Part shown: one piece after another, positions 14,254 to 26,880 of the stretch
Layout of the letters: every line of letters starts with the position of its first letter
How positions within the stretch are numbered: position 1 is the stretch's first letter
Source: a virus
Length of the DNA: 64,000 bases
Reading direction: 5' to 3' (one strand)
Virus record (IMG/VR): IMGVR_UViG_3300045988_110853
Coordinates: 68,077-132,076 of that record
Made by a program: the position numbers and the translations under genes
Notes under the pieces: model-generated
Told to the model about the DNA's origin: nothing
Database searches by the model: none
Seen by the model: the letters and a program-made list of their open reading frames with translations, nothing else

Positions 14254-15992
14254 TGGCATTACAAGATTTATTATAGTTAAGTGATAGTCGCAGAAAAATA
14301 GGTCTATCACCTGAACGAGTAGAAGCGGTGATGCCTACTATCCGCAAATACGTTGCCTTTTGGAGAGAATATCCTGATTTATTTGTAGATTTTATGGTGC
14401 GAGGAAGACGCACTGAAATAAAAGATGGAGAATTTAATTTTTATTTTTATTAGAGAGTATTTCTCCGTTCTGTTATGCGTTATTAGTATGTTTACGCGGT
14501 TTTCCCTCGTGCTTATTCTAAATCATTTTTGTCTGTTATGGCATTAATGATTAGATGTATTTTATATCCTGGTGCGCATTTGTTCGTTACTTCTGGAGGT
14601 AAAGAGCAAGGTGCTAGTATTCTTCATGATAAAGTTCAAGAAATATGTGAACTTATTCCAAGCTTTAATCGAGAAATTGATTGGAGCCGAGGAAAAACTC
14701 TTGAAGGAAAAGATAAAGTTAGATATGTATTTAAAAATGGTTCAGTTTTGGATAACCTCGCAGCTCGTGAAAGCACTCGTGGTCAGCGTCGTCATGGTGG
14801 ATTAATGGAAGAGTGTGTTGGTATTGATGATGCCATTCTTCGTGAAGTTATTATTCCTGTTATGGCAATTTCTCGTAGAGCTAAAGATGGCACTACCAAT
14901 GAACAAGAGCCATTAAATAAATCACAAATCTATATTACTACTGCTGGTTATAAGGGTACGTTCCCTTATGATAGACTTATTGGTTTCTTAGTTCGTATGG
15001 TGACTTAGCCCGATCGTTGTATGGTATTAGGCGGAACATGGCGAACTCCTGTTGCGGTAGGATTACAAAGTAAAACATTTATTACTGACCAAAAGAATGA
15101 AGGAACTTATAATGAAGCTTCATTCGAACGTGAATATGAATCTAAATGGTCAGGAACTGTTGAAGATGCTTTCTTTAATGGAGAGCATTTTGATAGAAAT
15201 AGAAAATTATTATAGCCTGAGTATGAAGCTTCTGGACGTGCAGGCGCGCAAGCTTATTATGTACTTTCTGTAGATGTAGGTCGTAAAGGATGCGATTCAG
15301 TAGTTTGTGTATTTAAAGTAACACCACAAGCACAAGGCCCAGCTATTAAATCATTAGTAAATATGTATACTATGTCAGATGATCATTTTGAAGATTAGGC
15401 TATTAAATTAAAGAAATTATTTTATAAATATAAAGCTAAAACTTTGGTTATAGATGGTAATGGTTTAGGTATTGGACTTTTAGATTATATGGTAAAATCT
15501 CAAAATGATGAAGATGGTGAATTTTTACCTGATTTTGGTGTTGAGAATGATGATGATGGATACTATAAAAAATATCGCACACCAAATACTCAATTTGATG
15601 CTATGTATGTTATTAAAGCAAATGCTCCAATAAATACTGAATGTCATGCTAATGCTCAGACTCAATTACAAGCGGGTAAGGTAAAATTCTTAATAGATGA
15701 GAGAACGGCTAAAGAAAAATTATTAGCTACTCAAAAAGGTTCAAAAATGACTCCTGAACAAAGGGCAGATTATTTAAAACCATTTACTTTAACCTCCATA
15801 TTAAAAGAAGAAATGATGAATTTACGCGAAGAAAATGAAGGTATTAATATTATCTTAAAATAGGCAAATCGCGGAATTCGTAAAGATAAATTTTCGGCTT
15901 TTGAATATGGATTATATTATTTAAAACTTGAAGAAGATAAAAAGAAAAAACGTAAAAAGTTTAATGCGGCTGATTGGTGCTTTTTAAATTAA
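14253..15992 (+). CDS. terL: terminase large subunit (579 aa; 7 in-frame TAG)
   Basis: Track ORFs 14529, 15021 and 15444 share one frame. A P-loop-like motif VFPRAYSKS is present. An ATPase segment reads IYITTAGYKG...VLGGTWRTP. A nuclease segment reads LSVDVGRKGCDSVVCV...LVIDGNGLGIGLLDYM. The gene ends in TAA at 15990-15992. Confidence 0.85.
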
Positions 15993-16004
15993 GGAGGGTG
16001 GAAA

Positions 16005-16361
16005 ATGCGTGCTTCAAGAGGAGAAATTAAAATTGAAGAAATCTTAGAAGAAGCAGGACTACCTTTTAAAATGGAATATATTTTTCCAGATTTAAAAAGC
16101 CCAAGCGGGCGTCCACTTCGTTTTGATTTTGTTATATTTGATGATGATGGAAAAATTGATTTCATTATTGAGTATTAGGGAAAATAGCATTATGAAGCCA
16201 GTTCTAAATTTGGCGGAAAACGCGGTTTATACCAGTAGCAATATAATGATAATCAAAAAAGACGTTTTTGCGCTTTACATGATTTTAGATTAATAGAGAT
16301 TCCATATACCGACGAAAACCTTATTTCTTATGATTATATAATGAAATTAGCAGGTTATTAA
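16005..16361 (+). CDS. DUF559/Vsr-like (restriction-endonuclease-fold) nuclease, 118 aa, 4 in-frame TAG. A homing-endonuclease-like insert between the terminase and portal genes.
   Basis: A GGAGGGTGG ribosome-binding site precedes it. The motif LRFDFVIFDDDGKIDFIIEYQGKQHY resembles the DUF559 pattern ...DF.....VE.DG..H. It ends in TAA. Confidence 0.5.
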
Positions 16362-16374
16362 AGGAGGTGGAACT

Positions 16375-18024
16375 TTGGATACGCAAGATCGTAATGATTA
16401 GATTCATGCTAAAGGTTTTGATATTTATAATAGTCGTTATGAATATAATTATAATGACACTATGGATTATGCCAATAGAAAAATAAAAGTTGGCACAAAA
16501 ACTTTAGATGATGCTATTTTAAAACTTGGTGATTATAGTAAGATTAGATACCCAGGTCAAACTCGTATTATCACGAAACCTGATGTGCTTCGCGCACTCG
16601 CGGAAAGAGATTTAAATGCTTTGCGATACATTTCTAATTTTTATTATGATATAAGTGGTGTATATCAACGAGTTTGTAATTATGTTGCTTTTTTATACCG
16701 CTATGATTGGTATATTGCAGCCGAAACTTATGATGATAATGTAAAAGAAGAAAAAGTTTTAAAAGATTTTTATAGAATGTTGAATTATTTTGATAATAGT
16801 TATATTAAAAAGATTTGCGGAGATATTGCTTTACAAGTCGTTAAAAATGGATGCTATTATGGATATATAGTTCCTTCAGAGAAAAATCTAATTTTACAAG
16901 AATTGCCAGTTAGATATTGTAGAACACGTTATAGTGTAAATAATACCCCAGTTGTCGAATTTGATATGCGATTTTTTGATACTTTTAGAGATATGAATTA
17001 CCGCTTAAAGGTATTAAAATTATTCCCAGAAGAATTTGCTAAAGGTTATGTTTTATATAAGCAAGGAAAACTTGCTTTAGAAGAAGCGGTTGGATGCTAG
17101 CATACTGGTAGTTGGTATGTTCTTGAGCCAGAAAATTGTATTAAATTTAATATTAATAATAGTGATGTTCCTATTTTTGTAAATTCTATTCCTACTATTA
17201 TGGATTTAGATGCAGCGCAAGATCTTGACCGCAAGAAACAAATGTAGAAGTTGCTTAAAATTTTAGTCCAAAAGCTCCCAATGGATAAAAATGGCGATTT
17301 GATATTTGATGTTGATGAAGCCAGAGATATCCATAATAATGCCGTTTAGATGTTATAGAGGGCTATTGGAGTAGATGTTTTAACTACATTTACTGATGTA
17401 GATTCTATTGATATGTCTGATAAGAATACTACTACAACGACAGATGATTTAGCTAAAGTTGAACGTAGTGTTTATAATTCATTAGGTATTTCATAGAATT
17501 TATTTAATACTGATGGTAATATGGCTTTAGAAAAATCAGTATTAAATGATGAATCTACAATAAGAAGTTTAATTTTATAGTTTAATATATTCTTTAATAG
17601 AATTATTGAAAAAAAGAGTAGTAATAAGAAATATAATTTTAGATTTTATTTATTAGAAACTACTCAAAATAATTATCAAACACTTTCTAAAATGTATAAA
17701 GAACAAGCGCAAATGGGACAATCAAAACTATTGTCTTAGATTGCTCTTGGACATTCATAGAGTTTTATTCTTAATGCAGCTCATTTTGAAAATGAGATTT
17801 TACATTTAAGTGAAATTATGATTCCTCCTCTTATGAGTTCTACTATGGGTAGTGAAGATATTTTGGGTTTAAAAGGTTCATCATCTAATAATAAAACTCA
17901 AAATAATTCAGGAAGTTCAGGTTCTGGAACTGCTAAAGCTTCTAATGGCGAGGCAGGACGTCCGGAGAAACCTGATGATTAGAAAAGTGAAAAAACTATT
18001 CAAAATAAAGAAGCAATGAAATAA
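16375..18024 (+). CDS. portal protein (549 aa; about 15 in-frame TAG)
   Basis: A TTG start lies 7 nt after AGGAGGTGG. The track ORF 16462..17100 and downstream fragments share one frame. The call rests on position after terL and on size. It ends in TAA. Confidence 0.6.
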
Positions 18025-18033
18025 GGAGGATTT

Positions 18034-19620
18034 ATGAAACATACAAGTATTAAATTAAATACACCTTGTGAGTTTATAAATATAACTCCTGTAAATCCTT
18101 TAATTTCTAAATGCCAAATTAAGGTTTGTTATGTAGATGATAAACCTAATCGTAACAAAAGCGTAATTACTAAAGATGTAGCGACTGAGATGGCTAATAG
18201 CCTTCCTGGCAGTCCTATTGTTGGCTTTTTTAATGAGAATGCTGAAGATTTTGAAGAACATAATAGGATAATTGAATTATCTAATGGCGAATTTAGAATG
18301 AGAGATAATACTCGCCCTTATGGTTTTGTTGATCTTGGAGCTAAAGTTTGGTTTTAGAAATTTTTGGATGATGGTGTTGCCGAACGTGAGTATTTAATGA
18401 CTGAAGGTTATTTGTGGACTGGTTAGTATCCTGAATGTAAACGTGTAGTTGATAAAGGGAATAATCATTCTATGGAGCTTGATGAAAAAACATTAAATGC
18501 TACGTGGGCAAAAGATAGTAATGGAAAGCCTTAGTTTTTTATTATAAATAAGGCAATTATTTCTAAACTTTGTATTTTGGGAGAAGAAAATGAACCTTGT
18601 TTCGAAGGCTCCCAAATCAATGTGAATTTTTCATTCGATGATGGTTTTAAGAACACTTTGTTCTCCATGATGAATGAACTTAAAGAATTTATGAAAGAAG
18701 GAGGACCCAAAGTGTTTACACAATATGCTGTTGAAATTGGCGATAGTTTGTGGAATTCTCTCTGGTCTTATGTTGAGACTAAATATCCTGGCGAGCCTAG
18801 TAGTTATTGTTCTATTTATCGCATTGAAGGCGTTTATGAAGATGCTGGACAAAAGTTTGCTATTCTTCAAAATAGACAAGACCAAAAATATTATCGCATG
18901 GACTTTTCTCTTACCGATGTAGAAGGCTTTGTTCCTTCTGATGCTTTAACTGAAGTAACTAAGTCTTATACTCCGGCAGCAGAGCCTCAGTTTGCTCTTG
19001 TTGATGTTGAAGCTTTTGAGACTGATTATGCTTCAAAGAAAAAGGCTGAGGAAGAGGACAAAAATAATAAATCTAATGGCCAAAACCCTGATAATAAATC
19101 AGAGGGCAATGATAATAAAAAGAACCCTGATAATGGGGAACCCTCTAATAAGTCTGATAAAGGCGACAATGGCGAGAATGATGATGATAAAAAGAAAAAG
19201 AAAAATTATTCTCTTGAGGACGTTGTTGAATATACTGAACTTAAAGCTCAGTATGATGAATTACAGACTAAATTCGCGGCTCTTGAAACTGAAAATAATA
19301 GCTTGAAAGAGCAAATTGCTCCACTTGCTGAATTTAAAAATGCCGCTGAGAAGAAAGATAAAGAAGATATGATTGCTAAATTCTATATGCTTTCTGATGA
19401 AGATAAGGCTGATGTTGTTGAAAATATTGATAAATATTCTCTTGATGATATTGAAGCTAAATTATCTGTTATTTGTGTTCGCAACAAGGTGAGTTTCGAC
19501 CTTGACGAAAATAATAAGCCCAATGGTGCTACTACTTTTAATTTGAACGATAATGGTTCAGAAGATGATGATATGCCCGCTTGGGTGAAGGCGGCTTTTG
19601 CTACCGCCAACAAAAATTAA
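18034..19620 (+). CDS. putative scaffolding protein with an N-terminal domain, a low-complexity K/D/N-rich linker and a C-terminal coiled coil (528 aa; 3 TAG)
   Basis: A TAAGGAGG ribosome-binding site precedes it. Track ORFs 18034 and 18577 share one frame. The coiled coil reads LEDVVEYTELKAQYDELQTKFAALETENNSLKEQI.... It sits between the portal and capsid genes. Confidence 0.5.
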
Positions 19621-19637
19621 TAAGGAGGACATACTAA

Positions 19638-20555
19638 ATGTTTAAAGACTTTTTGAATAAGAATCTTCCTATTAAGTCTCAGGCAAAGTATGTTGAGTTT
19701 GGTTACGGTCAGGTCGAGCCTAATCACCTTTCCGCACAAAGAAATGCTCAAATCTATGCTCAACTTCCTGCCAATAAAGACATTGAGATTCTTGAAAACG
19801 GTCAGTTTGTAAAGTATGACTATGCTGCTAATGGTAATGGTATTGGCGAAGTCAACTTCACTGGCGAAGGTGAATGGATGCTCGTTTATAACGAAATTAA
19901 GCTTTATCGTGATCATTATGATGGCAGTAAGCAGTGGGATTGCGAATTTGCTATGATTAAAGATGACTATCAGGCTCGTGTTTATAGCCCTTATGATTGG
20001 GAGCATACCGAGGTTGAATATGGTGGTCGTTTCTGGAACGGCGTTGATGAAAAGGGTCAAACCTATAAGTTAATCAATCAGACCGTTTCCGCAGATCAGG
20101 GTTTAAAGACTGTTACTATTGCTGGTCGTGTTTATGATGTTGATGAAACCGGCAAATTTACTTATGATGGTAATGAATATACTCTTGATAGTAATCATCA
20201 GGTTGCTAATGTTCCTGTAAAGTATTACTATGATAAGCTTCTTACTGATGTTCCTGATATGTATGAAATGAATTGGACTAATGATCCATATCATAAGTTA
20301 GGTATTTATCATGAGAAGTTCATGGAATCTGGCACTTCTATGGTTCCTCGTGTATTTAAGACCATGATTGGTGATCTTTATACTACTAATATGATTAATG
20401 AAGAGACTCTTGCTGTTGGAGATAAGCTTTCTCCTTCTGCTGCTACAAAGGGTATTCTTAGCAAAACTGGTGACGATTCAATGACCTGGTAGGTTGTTAA
20501 AGTTTATACTATGCCTGATGGTCAAAAGGGCGTCAAGGTAATGCGTATTAAGTAA
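19638..20555 (+). CDS. hypothetical head-module protein (305 aa; 1 TAG near the C-terminus)
   Basis: A TAAGGAGG ribosome-binding site precedes it. It ends in TAA at 20553-20555. Confidence 0.6.
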
Positions 20556-20572
20556 GAAAGGAGAAAAGGATA

Positions 20573-21679
20573 ATGTTAGATAAAAATAATTTAATTGCTC
20601 TTATGAAGCAAGTTGCTAAGGCTGATCCTTCTGCTCCTGTTGCTTATAGTTATGAGGGAAAAAATCTTAGTTATGAAGCCTTAAATGAAACTCTTCGTAA
20701 TGAAATGAATGAGTTAGCTGGTACTTATGCTCTTTATCGTGAAAATAAGAATCTTATTTTCTCTATGATTGAGCAGACTCTTGATGAGGTTCTTCCTAAG
20801 AAAGTTATTCAGCAATATGATCAGTTTGCTGAGGTTAAGACTTTCGCTCAGGGTGATAAGCCTATTTTCCGTCGTCCTCTTAATAATCGTGCTCGTGCTA
20901 AGTAGTTTGTAACTCGCGTTGGTCTTGCTGGTATTTATGAAGTCTTCAAGCTCGGACCTAAAGAGAATGAAGCCTTCGAGGTACGTACTAGCGCTATCGG
21001 CGGAGCTGCTCAGATTGGCTTCGAAGAGTTCCTTGATGGTCGTGTTGATTTCGGTGAAGTAACCAAGATCATCATGGATGGTATGGATGAACTTATTTAT
21101 AAAGAAGTCGCTGCTGCTCTTAGATCTTCTATCAATCAGCTTCCTCCTGCTAACCGCGTTGCGGCTGCCGGATTTGATGAAGCTGCTATGGATCGTTTGA
21201 TTACCATTGCTTCTGCTTATGGTACTCCTACTATTTATTGTACTTATGAGTTCGCTGTTAAGATGATTCCTCATGAGGCTTGGAGATATACTGAAGCTAT
21301 GAAGAATGAGCTTTGGAATAATGGTCGTCTTGCTACCTATAAGGGCACTAAGGTTATTATTCTTGAGCAGGGCTTTGAAGATGAAACCAATACTCGTAAG
21401 GTTATTGATCCTGGTTATGCTTGGGTTATTCCTACGGGCGCTGATGGTAAGCCTGTAAAGATTGCTTTCGAAGGTGGCACTATTGTTGACGAGTTCAATA
21501 ATTATGATCGTTCTCGTGAGATTCAGGTTTACAAGAAGGTTGGCGTAGTTTGTATGCTTGCTAACAACATCTGTGCTTATGTTGATACTTCACTTCTTGG
21601 TCAGATGTATACTTGGAATTATGATGGAGTCACTGGTAAGGTTATCACTTATGATGGCCGTCTTGATGGCACTGTTTAA
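20573..21679 (+). CDS. major capsid protein, presumed HK97 fold (368 aa; only 1 TAG)
   Basis: An AAAGGAGAAAAGG ribosome-binding site precedes it. Track ORFs 20573 and 21074 share one frame. The call rests on size and position. A strong terminator hairpin follows at 21695-21745. Confidence 0.6.
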
Positions 21680-21694
21680 TTTAATATAAATTAT

Positions 21695-21745
21695 TCCATG
21701 GGGAGAAGGGATTAAACTCCCTCTCCCCATATTTTTGTTTTATGA
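21695..21745 (+). terminator. strong hairpin GGGGAGAAGGGA..TCCCTCTCCCC plus a T-run after the capsid gene
   Basis: Read directly. Confidence 0.7.
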
Positions 21746-21765
21746 GTAAAAGGAGAAATTGAATA

Positions 21766-22359
21766 ATGATTAATAATGAAGATATTTATAATGTAAAAAA
21801 TAGAAGCACTAGTGTAGTTGTTTATACTATTCCTGATACTAATTTGCGCCGTGAATTTGCGCCCGGTGAGACTAAGCGCATTCCATTTGGTGAATTAGAG
21901 AAGTTGACTTATCAAGCGGGTGGCCGCGAATTGATTGCTAATTTTTTACAGATTTTAGAGCCAGAAGTAACTCATACTCTTAACGTTCATACTGAACCTG
22001 AATATAATATGTCAGAGCAGCAAGTTGCTGATTTAATTCTTAATGGCTCATTAGATGCTTTTTTAGACGCTCTTGATTTTGCTCCTATTGGAATTATTGA
22101 TTTAATCAAGAATTTGTCTGTTAGCCTTCCTATTACTGATATTAATAAGCGTAGAGCTTTGAAGGAAAAAACTGGGTTTGATGTTGATAAAGCTATTGCT
22201 AATGATATCGCTAGTAAAGAAGAAGATACTATTGTAGAGAAAGAACCTGCGGCTAAGCGTCGTGTAGTAAGAGAAGAACCTGTTACTCAAGGTCGTCGCA
22301 CAAGCGGTTCTGGATATAAAGTAATTAATAAAACCGAGGAAACTTCCTCCAAGAAATAA
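21766..22359 (+). CDS. hypothetical head protein (197 aa; no TAG)
   Basis: An AAAGGAGA ribosome-binding site precedes it. It is an intact ORF ending in TAA. Confidence 0.6.
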   Translation: MINNEDIYNVKNRSTSVVVYTIPDTNLRREFAPGETKRIPFGELEKLTYQAGGRELIANFLQILEPEVTHTLNVHTEPEYNMSEQQVADLILNGSLDAFLDALDFAPIGIIDLIKNLSVSLPITDINKRRALKEKTGFDVDKAIANDIASKEEDTIVEKEPAAKRRVVREEPVTQGRRTSGSGYKVINKTEETSSKK

Positions 22360-22378
22360 TTTATAGGAGGGCGATTAA

Positions 22379-22951
22379 GTGGGAACATTATTCTCAACTG
22401 TTTATAATCGCTTTCTTAACAAGGTTACTGATGATATGTATCTGGAGTTAACTCCCGAAGATACTTTAAGAGATTTATAGAATCTTATAATAGATGCTAT
22501 CCCTGGATTTGAATTTCCACGAAAAAATCTTTTAGATTATAATTTAGATGTTGCTACTATTAATGAATCTGATGCTACGCCTGATGATTTCATTGTAGGA
22601 ACAGTATGGGGAGAGCTTCCAGAACCGGGTGAAGAACCTCAAGTTTTAGTTGATAGATCCAGTTTTAATTGTGATCTAACTGAAGAAGAAATTAATATTC
22701 TAGCTATTTTAATGATGTGTGGTTGGACGCAAAGACAAGTCACTTCAATTGAGAACACTCGAATGAAATATAGTGGCTCTGATTTTAAATTTACTTCTTA
22801 GGCAAATCATTTATCTAAATTATTAAATTTACTAGGTGAATGCCAAAGATAGTCTCACCATATGTAGCGTTTATATAAACGTAGACGCTTAAATGACAAA
22901 GGTGAGTATGAATCTAATTGGGATGTATTTAAAAGTCGGTATGATTACTAA
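22379..22951 (+). CDS. putative head-tail connector/adaptor protein (190 aa; 4 TAG)
   Basis: A GTG start lies 8 nt after GGAGGG. It ends in TAA. The call rests on position only. Confidence 0.45.
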
Positions 22952-23249
22952 ATATAATTTTGATATTCCAGTAGAAAGTATAAAGGTCAATTGTTTGCGC
23001 TTAACCAACCAATTATGGAAATTAATTCCAATGCGCGAAAACAATGAAGATTGGCATAAATAGTTAGAAACTGTTATAAATGAAATTGTGGGGTTTAGTG
23101 TGATTTTTAGCGCTGAACCCCTTTATTTATAGCTATTAAACAAACTTGAGGGATTATAGAATCAAGATACTGATTTTAATTTTTATCGTAAGACTGTTTT
23201 TGAAACAATTAGTCTTTTATAGGAGATAAATTATGGCATCAGGGTTTGA
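22941..23249 (+). CDS. hypothetical small structural protein (102 aa; 4 TAG)
   Basis: The ATG overlaps the end of the previous gene. A frame of 103 codons free of TAA and TGA in AT-rich DNA is unlikely by chance. It ends in TGA and overlaps the next start. Confidence 0.4.
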
Positions 23250-24297
23250 TTATAGTAGTAAGCAACCTTTTAGATTACAACAAGGTCGCTTGGGAATTTA
23301 TGATAAACCACCCTTTGAAGGTAGCCCTGTTGAAGGCGTTAATTATACAGCGGTTCGGCTCGGTCAAATGGGCGGAAACCGCCAACAAGAACGTATGATT
23401 TTGTCTAAGCGTAGAAGTTTAGATAGAGCAGTATGGAATTCATACCAAGCCGCGGAAATTATTAAATAGGATGCGGAATATAAAAAACCTATTAGATGTT
23501 TGATTAATCCTAATAAATTAAAATAGGATTATGATGATAAGATTTTGTCTGTTGGAAATGAATATTAGTTTAAGCCAGGAGATATTTTTGAATGGTGTGG
23601 AACTAATACTTATTGGATTTGTTATCTTTAGGATTTGACTGAATTAGCTTATTTTAGAGGAGATATTAGAAAATGCTCTTATAAAATAAATTGGGTAGAT
23701 GAGGGAGAGAAAAAGTCTACTTATGCAGCAATTCGCGGTCCTGTAGAAACGAAAATTAATTATATTCAAAAACATGAAATTAGCGTAGATAATCCTAATT
23801 ATTCATTAAATATTTTATTGCCTAAAAATAAAGATACTTTAAGTTATTTTAGACGTTATACTAAATTCTATTTAGATAGTTAGGATGAGGGAGACAATTT
23901 AATTTGTTGGCGCGTTGAAGCTGTAGATTCCATAAGTATGCCTGGTATTTTAGAAGTCAATGCGACTGAATATTATATTAATGAGTAGGAAGATAATTTA
24001 GATGATAAGACTGTTGGTTCTTTAATTGCGGAACCGATTGATCCAAATCCTACAACAACTGATATTATAGGGGAAACGTTTATTTTTCCAAAGAAAACTT
24101 ATACTTATTATTTTGATGGTGAAGTTGTTTTAGAATGGAAAATAAAAAATAATAAAAAGTTGCCGGTTTCTTTAAAAATTATTAAAGAAGCAAAAAAACC
24201 AACAGTCGAAATAAGTTGGACTTCTGGATATAGTGGATAGTTCGATTTACTATATGGAGATTATAAAAAAACGATAATTGTTCAATCATTGTTTTAA
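23233..24297 (+). CDS. hypothetical structural protein (354 aa; 7 TAG)
   Basis: A TAGGAGATAAATT ribosome-binding site precedes it. Track ORFs 23233 and 23635 share one frame. It ends in TAA. Confidence 0.55.
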
Positions 24298-24312
24298 GGA
24301 GAAAAAGGTGTT

Positions 24313-24894
24313 ATGAAGATTGATGGAGTAAAAATTCCTAAATCCAGTTTCTTATCTATGGAAAAGGATTTAGAAATTGTCGTAAATCATTTATGTAAAA
24401 ATGAAAGATTAAAACGTTTATTGTATTATACTACCCCAGATGCTATAGACAAGCCAAATCTGGATGATGAACAAATGATTTAGTTATTTAAGAAAAATAT
24501 TAAATTAATTCCTAAATTATACGTTGATGGTAGTGTTTTAAATTATGTCGTAATTAGTTTTGATAATTTTATTCCTAATGATACAAATCCAGAATTTAGA
24601 GATAATATTATTGAATTCGATATAGTTTGTCATTATGATTAGTGGCATTTAAAAGATTATTAGTTACGTCCTTATCGCATTGCTGCGGAAATAGATAGTA
24701 TGATAGATAAAACACATTTAACAGGTATTGGAAAATTAGAATTTCTTGGTGGTAACCAAATTATTTTAACTGATGAATACGCTGGTTTATGTCTTATGTA
24801 TACTGCTATTCATGGAGAAGAAGATAAGAAATTTATGCCAAATCCCAATGATGAAGAAAGATTTTTAAAAGACTTTTAGGATAGAACTAAATAA
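24313..24894 (+). CDS. hypothetical neck/tail-completion protein (193 aa; 4 TAG)
   Basis: An AAGGAGAAAAAGG ribosome-binding site precedes it. Its TAA overlaps the next ATG (TAATG). Confidence 0.5.
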
Positions 24895-25619
24895 TGGATT
24901 TACGTTTAGGCTTAATGTGCGGAATTGATTTACCAATACCAGAACTTTAGGCTACAATTCATTAGCCAAAGATAAAAGAGATTGCTTTTGTTGGTGAAAA
25001 AGATTTCTTCCTTGGGGTTCAATGTCTTTGTATTGATAAAAATATAATAGCCAATTAGGGCGAAAGTCTTTTAGTTAATACGAATAATTTTTAGATATTT
25101 ATGACAATGATGAAAGAAAAAGAGATGGCTGAAAAAAAAGATTCAGTTATAAATGTTTTTTCTCTTATATTTCCAAAATATAAAACTTTATTTACTCCAA
25201 GATCTATCATTTTACAAAGTGATACTTAGATAATGATTGATGATTCAAATTTTGAAATTCTTTAGGAATATTTAAAGGAAATATTTTGTTTTAAATCTTC
25301 TGTGTCTCAAGAACTGGGTTTTAACCCTGCTAATGATACTGCTAAAAAAATTGCAGATAAATTAATGAGAGGTAGATAGAGAGTTGCTGAATTAAATGGT
25401 TCAGCTAATGTTAGTATATTTAGTTAGTATCTTTCAATGCTTACTGTAGGTTTAGATTCAATGTCTCTACAGGATTTAATGGATTTAACAATGTTCCAAC
25501 TTTTTGACCTTGTTGAAAGATATTAGCTTTATATTAATTGGGATATTGATATTCGGTCAAGGCTAGCGGGCGGAAAACCTGATGGCAAACCGGAGAACTG
25601 GATGAAAAATATCCATTAA
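24894..25619 (+). CDS. hypothetical protein (241 aa; 9 TAG)
   Basis: Start is coupled to the upstream stop. It ends in TAA at 25617-25619. It is very TAG-rich. Confidence 0.45.
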
Positions 25620-25643
25620 ATTTATTAAGGAGGAAAATAACCT

Positions 25644-26642
25644 ATGAAATTTGGTGTTCGCGAAATTTGCGATGTCGTTTTAAAGGCTAAGGCAACTCAG
25701 AAGGTTGGTAATAAAATCTTCTATAGAAATGAGCCAGTTATTTATTTCGACACTTTGAAAACTTCCAGTATGGAAGGCGCTGCTACCACTGTATATGCAC
25801 AGGGAGGACGCGGTAATGCTCGTTTAGTAGCCTGGGAAGGTGAGCGTACTGTTACCTTTACAATGGAAGATGCTCTTATTTCTCCAGAAGGTTTCATGAT
25901 TCTTTCTGGTGCTGGTCTTGTTGAAGCAAGTGCTACTAGTACTATTAAACAGCATGTTACTGAAACTGTAGATAAATCACAAATTGATAGTACAACTACT
26001 GAAGGACAAGTTACTATTCGTGTTTCTAAAAAGCCCTATCTTCCAACAGACGAACAAGAGAATTTTGCTTATGTTATGTTTGTCAAAGATGGCGAAATTA
26101 TCACTGAGCCTTTTATTCCTGTCCATGAGGAGTTAACTGCTAAGAAAGATACTAACGGTAATGAATATTTTGAATTAACTCTTAAAACTCCACATGATGA
26201 TTATATTGCTGGCACAGGTAATTATACTTTTAATGAAAAGAATGGCCTTCCAGCAGCCGCGGCATATGATAGCGCTATTGTTGATTATTATACTGAAAAG
26301 GCTAGTGGCGCTCAACAGATTGAGATTACTGCTGATAAATTCGGTGGTAACTATTATCTTGAAGCCTCTACTTTATTCCGTGATCAAAATGGTGTTGATA
26401 TGCCTGCTGAATTTATTATTCCTAACTGCAAGATTCAGTCTAACTTCACCTTTACAATGGCTTCTTCTGGTGATCCTTCTACTTTCACCTTTACTATGGA
26501 TGCTTTCCCTGACTATACTCGTTTTGACCACAGTAAGAAAGTTCTTGCTGCAATTCAAATTATTGAGGAAGGCGGAGCTAGTGACCTCCATCGTACTATG
26601 ACTGCTCACGACGAGGCTCACAATGCTTCTTTCACTGACTGA
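25644..26642 (+). CDS. major tail (tube) protein (332 aa; no TAG)
   Basis: A TTAAGGAGG ribosome-binding site precedes it. It is an intact ORF ending in TGA. The call rests on position upstream of the chaperone-like gene and the tape measure. A terminator follows at 26826-26866. Confidence 0.55.
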   Translation: MKFGVREICDVVLKAKATQKVGNKIFYRNEPVIYFDTLKTSSMEGAATTVYAQGGRGNARLVAWEGERTVTFTMEDALISPEGFMILSGAGLVEASATSTIKQHVTETVDKSQIDSTTTEGQVTIRVSKKPYLPTDEQENFAYVMFVKDGEIITEPFIPVHEELTAKKDTNGNEYFELTLKTPHDDYIAGTGNYTFNEKNGLPAAAAYDSAIVDYYTEKASGAQQIEITADKFGGNYYLEASTLFRDQNGVDMPAEFIIPNCKIQSNFTFTMASSGDPSTFTFTMDAFPDYTRFDHSKKVLAAIQIIEEGGASDLHRTMTAHDEAHNASFTD

Positions 26643-26816
26643 TGATTATTAAAGGTAAACGTTGGAACATCCAAAAGAAAACTGAGGAAGTAAAAAACAA
26701 CAATACCAAGAAAGAGAAAAAAGCTGTTAAATCTATCAAGGTTCCTGAAGAACCTGTGATTTCTGAAGAAGAAATTGATGAGGTCAGCAAATTCTTTAAT
26801 TTAGATAAAGAATAAT
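26643..26816 (+). CDS. possible small lysine-rich ORF (57 aa) just after the tail-protein stop
   Basis: An ATG abuts the TGA of the upstream gene. There is no ribosome-binding site. It could be a frameshift extension or a small gene. Confidence 0.2.
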
Positions 26817-26825
26817 TTTATGGGA

Positions 26826-26866
26826 GAGAATAGAAATATTCTCTCCCATTTTTTTTATTTAGAGAG
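26826..26866 (+). terminator. hairpin GGGAGAGAATA..TATTCTCTCCC plus a T-run after the major tail protein
   Basis: Read directly. Confidence 0.7.
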
Positions 26867-26880
26867 AAAGGAGAGATAAT

